Shown piece by piece: positions 57,170 to 64,000 of a stretch of 64,000 nucleotides of DNA. The DNA lies in the NCBI GenBank assembly GCA_905178155.1, contig CAJINV010000014.1, forward strand, positions 1,167,858 to 1,231,857, in the 5' to 3' direction. The notes beneath the pieces were generated by a model, which worked only from the letters and a program-made list of their open reading frames with translations, searched no databases and was not told the origin of the DNA. Position 1 is the first letter of the stretch, and each line of letters begins with the position of its first letter. A program made the position numbers and the translations under genes. This DNA comes from Amoebophrya sp. A120 (lineage: Eukaryota > Protista > Dinoflagellata).

Positions 57170-58140
57170 GCCGGGAGTTGTTTCGGCCGCCCCGGGGCGT
57201 CCCGTAATAGGGGCAGAGGGGCGGAGGCCCGGGGGGGTGGGCCGGGCGTAGGCCCGAAGCCCCCGGGTGGGGCGGGAAAAGGGCACCCGCCGAAGAAGGC
57301 CGGGCCGGAGCGCGTGGGCGGGGCCTTGCGCTGTACAGCGACGCGAGCGGCCACGGCCTCGCCGGTGTCTGCGCCCGCGCCAGGCACCCGGCCGCGACGC
57401 TGATTGCGGACCGCCGAGCGACTGCGCCACGGCAAGCGGCGCTGCGGCCCGGCTGCAGGTACACCGAGGGCGGAGCCGGCCCCGCCCCTTCCTCCGTGGT
57501 TTCTTTGTTCGGCCCCACCCACAGTGCGGCCGGGGCCCGTAGTGGCGCGCGCGCCGCCCGGCTGTGTTGATCGGGCGGCCGGCCTCGCCCGGCGCGCTAG
57601 CCCTGCGGGCCGCCGCCGCGTTGCGCCCGTGGCCCGCCGGCGCCCCCCCTCCTTGCGTGCCGCGCGGCCCGATGAAGGGGGGCCCGGGGATCTTGCAGGA
57701 CACGTCCCCAGGCGCCGCGCCGAATATTGTGGGCCATGAAGCGCATCTTTTCTCTGTCCGGGGGGCTAGTTCGGCAGCCGGGCGCCCCCTCTTGTCTTCT
57801 GTGGGATATCCCTGCGGCCCCGCGGACGCGCCGCGCCCGCTTTTCATTGGGTGGCGCGCCGGGGCGCGACTCTCCTACGCGCGAGTTGGGAGCTCTGGGG
57901 CTCGCTGCGTCTCGATCTACATACTGGCGCCGGGCCTTTGCCGCCAGCAACCTACCCACCCTGCCTTGCTGCTGCAGCGTCTGCCAGGTCTTGCCAAGGC
58001 CCTCCGACTTTTGCGTCCTACCGTTGCAGCCCTTTGCGCCCGCGCGGGGCTGGCCGCGCGCAGCCTCGCCACCCATGCGCACGCCAGCGGCATCCAACAT
58101 TGGGTGTCGCCCGCCCCTGCGCGTCCGCGGCCATTGTTGA
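57170..58140. other. Very GC-rich intergenic island, probably repeat-derived
   Basis: Abrupt GC rise; overlapping low-information ORFs on both strands. Confidence 0.5.
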
Positions 58141-58661
58141 TTATCGGAGGGCCGTACGCTGCGTATATTATCCATCGTTAATTCATTGCCCGCCGTCTAT
58201 TCATGAAGTCTCTCTGTCTTCGGCCGTAGGAGCTGCCGCAAAATGAGCCTGGCAGCGGCAGAGGACGGCCTGTATGGTGGTGCCAGCACTTCCCAAACTG
58301 TCTTGCACTTGTACGACGAAGCCTGGGACCCGCTTTCTTATGGTCGTCGGGGCCACCAATTCAAGACGGCTTGTTCCGTATCTCGTTCGAGTGTGCGTGG
58401 TTTGCCACTTGGATCGCACGCGTCGCTTGCTGTTCTAGCTCACGAAACTAGTACTGTCGGCGTCCATGATGTAAGATTCTGCGTTTTTTTTTTCTGCCAC
58501 GCTGCCGCGAGTGACGGCAGACCTGCCGAGGTGGCTATGCTACTGTCAACGCTTGCGAAAGTGTGTTTCTCTTGCTCGTCCATCTTCAAACTTGACCGCC
58601 GCATATTCCCTTGCTGGTCCACGACGTAGTGCTAGGTACAACTCGAAATCAGAATGTGAAG

Positions 58662-60308
58662 ATGAGTGCGCTCTTTCGCAGTTTTCGAGCAATTTTTCCG
58701 CTCGCGCCTTGCTTGCTCTCAGCTTCTGACCCGTTGTTCCTGGCAACCGCTACCACCGTGAGAGGATTAGCAAAACGCGCTTCATCCAGCACCCGTACGC
58801 TCGCGCAGCAAGCCGCGCTCTTGAAGAGCGGCAAGCACTTCATCGACCGTCGCAGCTTCGCTCTGGCGCGACGGGAGCAGCTGCAAAATGAGGCTCAGAA
58901 GAACAAGCGCACTGAAGAAGAGCTCCTTCAAGAGGACATGGAACAGCACGACAACAAGAGCTCCGGCCCCCTCTACGATCGCTTGTCCGAGATGTCAGTG
59001 AATCTGAAGGACGCCTTGACGTCCAACCACTTGATTTCAAGCTGGAGTTCGTCAAAAACCTCCAAGGAAGACGAGGAAACGAAGATCAGCAAGAAGCAAG
59101 ATTTGATCCTGGAAAAGTTGGACAAGCTGGAGGAGGGACAGGCGCGGCAGGAACTGGAACTGCGAATTCTGCAATCCGAAGTGACCGGGCACGAGGGGCA
59201 ATTGTTGACCTCGGGTCACCATTACGCGAGTAACAAGTTTGCGGAGCGCCAGATGAAAAGGGAACAGGAACAGTCCTGGGCCGGGAAACGAATGGCGAAG
59301 AAGCAGAAGAAGGAGGGACGAACGCAGCGCGCTTTTGGACGTCGAAAAACGGGCGGTAGAGAGAGTAGAGAGAAAAACGACAGTAGAGGACCAGCTGCTA
59401 AAATCGCGGACTCGCCCGCGGGGACGCGCTTGGCGGGGCACGATGCGGAGAAGGACTACGTGCAAGCGATGAGCAAACAACAGCAAATGCAGAAAAAAGA
59501 AAACCAGAAAACCGCTGCGGATACGTCTTCTCCCGCGCCAGCGCCGCTGCAACAAGCAGAGAGCAACAAGCTCCAGAAGACTACCACTTTTCAGGCTGCT
59601 GTTGAGGAGGCGAGTGACGAAAGCGACGATGATGACGACGATGATGACGACGAGTCGAAAGACAAGGAAACTGCAGCTTCTTCCCAAGTACCGAAGAATA
59701 CCGCTAAGGAGGACCACGGTACAACTCCCGTCGTACCAAAGGAAAAAAAAGCAGAAGATGTGCAACCAACATCTCTGACCGCTCCACCAGCTACGCCGGT
59801 AAAATCAGCTGGCTCGCCGATGAACAACGTAGCCCTGGCCGCCACGAAAGCAGTGGTCCGGATTGCGACAAAGAAGAAAGTACTCAATAAAACGGCCACA
59901 ACTACCGCTCACGAAAGCAGCACAAAGACGACCACCAGCGAGCAGGGGCTGCATCACAGCATTAGCAAAGCGAAAACCGTCTCCGTCTCCGCAGGAGGAG
60001 GTCGAGGTCGTGAAAGCAAGCACCAAAACAAGAAAGAGCAGAACCAGCAACACAAACTTTCCTGGGATGAGATCATCGCCGCACGGAACAAAAAACAGCG
60101 GTGGAAGCACTACCACCACGGGCAGCACCGGCATGTTCGCGGCAGGAACGCGGAGGAACAGGCTTTTGACTTGACGCCGGAATCCATGAACGCGTGGCTA
60201 GAGGATTACCGCAAGACAAATTCCGGCACGGTGGCGGACGTGGAAAAGGAATTTGCGAATTTGAACAAGCCGAGCTTGGCCGGAGCGCTGGCGGGCCTCG
60301 GGCGATAG
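58662..60308 (+). CDS. Hypothetical intronless protein with hydrophobic N-terminus, coiled coil and Lys/Thr-rich tail (about 548 aa)
   Basis: Long ORF 58611-60308, first ATG at 58662, codon usage like neighbouring genes. Confidence 0.8.
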   Translation: MSALFRSFRAIFPLAPCLLSASDPLFLATATTVRGLAKRASSSTRTLAQQAALLKSGKHFIDRRSFALARREQLQNEAQKNKRTEEELLQEDMEQHDNKSSGPLYDRLSEMSVNLKDALTSNHLISSWSSSKTSKEDEETKISKKQDLILEKLDKLEEGQARQELELRILQSEVTGHEGQLLTSGHHYASNKFAERQMKREQEQSWAGKRMAKKQKKEGRTQRAFGRRKTGGRESREKNDSRGPAAKIADSPAGTRLAGHDAEKDYVQAMSKQQQMQKKENQKTAADTSSPAPAPLQQAESNKLQKTTTFQAAVEEASDESDDDDDDDDDESKDKETAASSQVPKNTAKEDHGTTPVVPKEKKAEDVQPTSLTAPPATPVKSAGSPMNNVALAATKAVVRIATKKKVLNKTATTTAHESSTKTTTSEQGLHHSISKAKTVSVSAGGGRGRESKHQNKKEQNQQHKLSWDEIIAARNKKQRWKHYHHGQHRHVRGRNAEEQAFDLTPESMNAWLEDYRKTNSGTVADVEKEFANLNKPSLAGALAGLGR

Positions 60309-61357
60309 AGTAGGTCGGTGCAGAATTTTTTTTTCCAAAAATGCTCTTTGAGAGAGCGACAGAAAGCTGTGCAGTTGTAACTTTGAGATCATGTTGATGA
60401 AAGTTAAAGTTTTTTCCGAAGCAACGCAGTAGAGTTTGAAGGGCAAAGAAAAACAAGCAGAAAAACAAGCGGTACTAGACGAGGCGTGCCTGCGCCAAGA
60501 AACATCAAGCAGCTAGCAAGGGTTCTTGCTCCTCTCAGTACCGCTTTCAGCCGCTGCGGTGAGAGTCGCATGGATAAAACTGTGTTCTGAAGAACTCGGA
60601 TCTGAAAAGATGAGCTGCTTGATCAGCAAGTCGTAAGCTGTCACGATGCATTTGCCAACATGCTATGCCTAGTACCAACAAAGTGGTCTTGTGTTCTCGC
60701 AAGAACTGGACGGGTCGAAAAGTAGAGTTGCATTTTCTGGAACTGAATTCGCGATGTGAAGAGTCTAAAGTCAACAGAAAGTAAGCAGAAGAATCGTCAT
60801 CGTACAGAAAAAATATCATGCTCGTCGGTCGTATCATACAACCATAATCGTCACATCGTATAGTAATCGCTATCGCATCTGTGTCATTGTAGTTTCTGAA
60901 AACATTACATCTCCTGGGCAGGTCCTCAAGCTAGCGCAAGGTCTGTGATGTTAGAGATGTATCTGTAGGCAGTGTTTATGTCCCGAGAGGATCGTGAGAG
61001 AGTCTACCGTTTTATATCGTCGCAGATCGTGGTCGATAGTACAATGCAATATTCATCTGTATCACATAGCACGTTCACAATTTCCTCATATGGCTCGAAA
61101 ACTAGCTTTGGCTTGGCTGTCGTAGTCGGCTTTTTATTCAAGGTGCAGTGGCTTACATTTCAATTCATTGTTTCACACATGTTGTCTACGCTTACCGTTT
61201 GATTCGCTCTAGACCTCTAGTTCTAGATCATTCTGCTCTTTTCGTAAAATGCGACTTCTGCTCGTAAAATTTTCGATTTCGCTTACGAAGTTGAAGTTCT
61301 ACTTCGACCTATTTTAGTCTTCATCTACGGGTACTAACATCGACGTCATTTGCAGCC

Positions 61358-63469
61358 ATGTCTGCAACCGTAGTCTTGACTGCTGCGCAGCTTCTGTGTG
61401 CTTCCAAGTGCGTAGAGCATTTGGTACCAATCGCCAGCAACACCCTGCTAATCGACAGCCTATCCGCGGAGAGGAAAACATTTTGGAAGGAGGGGAAGGA
61501 GCACGATTTTTTCGCGACAGGGACCGTTTCAAGTGGCACGACGGGCGTATCAAGCAGCACCACGCCGAGTCTTTTGCAGTATTGTTTGGACATTGTGGGC
61601 GGCGCTGGGAGCAGTACACCCGCAAACGCTCTAACAGCGTCCTCGCCCCTATCCAGAACGAGCAACTGGTACTCTTTTACTACAGGTGCAACTACCCCGA
61701 CATCAAATACCGCCCAGCTATTAAACGAACCACAAATCGACAGTGCCTGGACCTGTTGCAAGCTGTGGCAGAACTACCTCGGCTGTCGTGCGGCGCGTTG
61801 CGGGATCCAAGCGGACTCCTTATCAAAAGGAAAACCCCCCCCTCCGCCTCCCCATATCGAAAAGATATGTTTCCGATAATTTGTGTTGCTGATTTCAGAA
61901 CACAAATCACGTCTGTCTTGCAAGAAGACAAGTGCAGAGGCTTCCGCGCCATTATGGAAGCGATTTGGCATGCTGTTGGGCCTAGGAGACAGCCGGTCGC
62001 AATGCTAAACAACTAGACCCTTGCTCCCCTACCTACGCTGCGGATCTGGCTGCGATGCCGTATTGCAAGACAGTGCGCATCTGTGTACGAAAATCCAGCA
62101 TCAGAAACTTCGTCTCGATATGGGGAGGGGGGATTTTTCCTCACAATACTCCTTCTCGGATCTCTACTTCGATAAGTGTTTCCCGAGCGAAACCGCGCAA
62201 CAGCGGGCGGTGATCCAGGCGCTCAAGCCGGAGATGAAACCGAGGTGGCACCTGATGCCGACGATATTTTTGACCGGCAGTTTCGTCTTAGAGTTTAACA
62301 CGTTGGAGGAAAAAAACGCGTTTCTGTTGCTCTCGTCAGGAGGTGCAAGTAGTAGTACTTCTCCGGGAACTACAAGCAGTAGTGCCAGCAACACAATAAA
62401 TTCCGGTCACTTTGTTGCCATAAATCAGCAGTTCGCGTCCTACATCCGCGAAAGATTTTGGAACAAGGACCAGTTCCGGAGGACGAGCGTTTTGGGAAAA
62501 CAATCCCAAACCACGCGGCACGCCATTTTCGGGTACGAAACCCTGGATTTTTGGGTCCAGGTGAAGCCGAGAAACACCCTCTCGGGCGTGACGCCCGCGA
62601 CGCTGGTGAGCGCAGAGCCATTGGCGCGCACTCCGTTCGACGACGAGGAAAGGGAGTACGCGCTGCGGCCGCACTACAAACGGATCGACGTCACGGAGAT
62701 GCTACAGCGGCAGACGGCGTTGCTTTTGCACACGGTAGAATTAGTAATTTTCTTTTTCTCTTGCAGTCGTGTTGTTCTTTCGGAATTCTGGTTCTAGGTA
62801 CCACCTAGTCCTCCAACATCATGTTGGACACAGTCGTAATGAGAAAGAGAATGGGCAACATGAACATGCTGGTTGGTGGCTTCAATCGACGTATAAACCT
62901 ATGAAAAAACCAGGCTTTTCGACTTGCTCAGCAAAACGGACGACGTCATTAAAAGTGCCGAGAAGCAGAAAAAAGCCATCGTGAAGCAACTGGAGGCGGT
63001 TGCCGGCGCGAGCGTCGACCGCAACGGAGACGGCTGCGTGTCCACGTTTGAGGCGAAAACGTTCTGCGGTTTGATTGCGAGAAGGAGCAGTGGCGGACCG
63101 CAGCCCGGGGATGGCAGTGCCACGGCCTCGATCAACCCGACCTCGAGTTTTGTGGAAGTTATTACGGCGCAGAGGCGGAAACAGCTCGTGCAGTTGCCAT
63201 CGTGGGCAGATTGCAGGAGGAGGATCGCGTCCGCTTGCCGTGCTTGCACTGCTGCACGAGATCCTGACATGAATTCGGAAGATAGTGCGGATACTACAAC
63301 TACTGTGACGAGCGGCGTGACGAGCGTGGAGGTAACCAAAGCGTGCGAGATGCTCATCCATCGCAGCTGCAGCACGAAGGCTTTGCCGTTGCCATATGGG
63401 AGCGACTCGGGGCCGGGGGCATGCAAGCACTCGCAAGGTCGGGCGTTTTCAAGGGTGTTTGGCCTTTAG
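61358..63469 (+). CDS. Hypothetical protein with one EF-hand-like loop (about 545 aa); ends uncertain
   Basis: Exons 61358-61820, 62154-62734, 62798-62835, 62914-63469 total 1638 nt in frame. GT-AG introns 62735-62797 and 62836-62913. Motif DRNGDGCVSTFE. Confidence 0.7.
61821..62148. mobile_element. TIR introner, family C
   Basis: tatcaaaaggaaaa..cctccccatatcga / tcgatatggggaggggggatttttcctcacaata. DR ctcct at 61816-61820 and 62149-62153. Homologous to 1404-1724. Removal gives IQADS|FSDLYF. Confidence 0.93.
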
Positions 63470-64000
63470 AAAGCGGATCCCGGAAGAGTTCGCCGCCTTT
63501 TTGTGAAAGCCGAAAAAACAGCACTCGTCAAGCAGGGGAGTGGCAACATAGAGCACTTGGGCGGCTCCGCGCGATCTGATTCTGAAACGGAATAGCTCTT
63601 CTGTCGGTTATTGCCGATGGGGTGAGGCGTTTTAGAGCGGAAATCTTGCCACCCGTCGGCCGCTCCGGTCGCTTGAAAACTGAAAAAAAGTGCGCGGAAG
63701 CGACACTTTTTCGCGGCGTGGAAGCGGCCAAAAAAAAGACGGAGTCACTTCGTGTACGGCACGGAGGCCGCGTGAAAATTGGATTTGGAAGTGCTAACCT
63801 TTTCTGAAAAAGTAAAAGCCGCTTGAGAGTCGCCGCGCGCCCAAAAGCGGTTTCTAAAATTGTCACAGGGCCCATACCGTCTACCAAGCCTGTGGAGGTG
63901 TGTCCCCCCCGCACGGTTTCCATCTCGCTAAGGCCCACAAATTGCACCCCTTCCCCCACCTTGGAAATGCCCGATGTGGGCATCCAAAAAGGGCTGCAGC

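Noticed and set aside
56967-58246. Multiple overlapping ORFs in the GC-rich island (also 43250-44959)
   Set aside because: Stop-codon scarcity from extreme GC content; no frame preference or domain.
1-64000. Autonomous transposase, reverse transcriptase or recombinase that could mobilise the introners
   Set aside because: No DDE, RT or tyrosine-recombinase motifs were recognised in any reconstructed protein. A divergent or intron-split gene (for example in 28700-30500 or 34800-36300) cannot be excluded by eye.

Overview
Eukaryotic, intron-containing DNA, most likely from the parasitic dinoflagellate Amoebophrya (Syndiniales). This is an inference from the non-canonical inverted-repeat introns and strictly co-oriented genes, not a database result. 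I reconstruct about 14 protein-coding genes, all on the + strand: a kinase with two PH domains, a CS/p23-domain (CacyBP-like) protein, an RIIa/ropporin-RSP11-like mini-protein, an NHL-like beta-propeller membrane protein, a CD225/dispanin protein, an HPC2/ubinuclein-motif protein, an EF-hand protein and several large low-complexity hypothetical proteins. The dominant feature is about 26 short (139-408 bp) MITE-like elements sitting inside coding exons. Almost all have TA...TA ends, terminal inverted repeats (TIRs) and a 5-nt flanking direct repeat (DR), and removing element + 5 nt restores the reading frame without GT-AG ends. They behave as introner-type non-canonical introns. Notable points: one family occurs in both orientations in same-strand genes; families with unrelated TIRs share an internal GCAnnACA(A/G)AT motif arranged in pairs 31-33 bp apart; TIR arms show compensatory and G-U-compatible changes; and a gene at about 31.5-34.7 kb is hidden under seven decayed copies. 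Intergenic DNA holds a 124-bp tandem repeat, an identical 37-bp motif in three copies, DinoSL-like 11-mers, a 2-kb palindrome-rich segment between 60-bp direct repeats, and GC-rich islands. No transposase, rRNA, tRNA or CRISPR array was recognised. All exon models are hand-derived and need RNA-seq confirmation.
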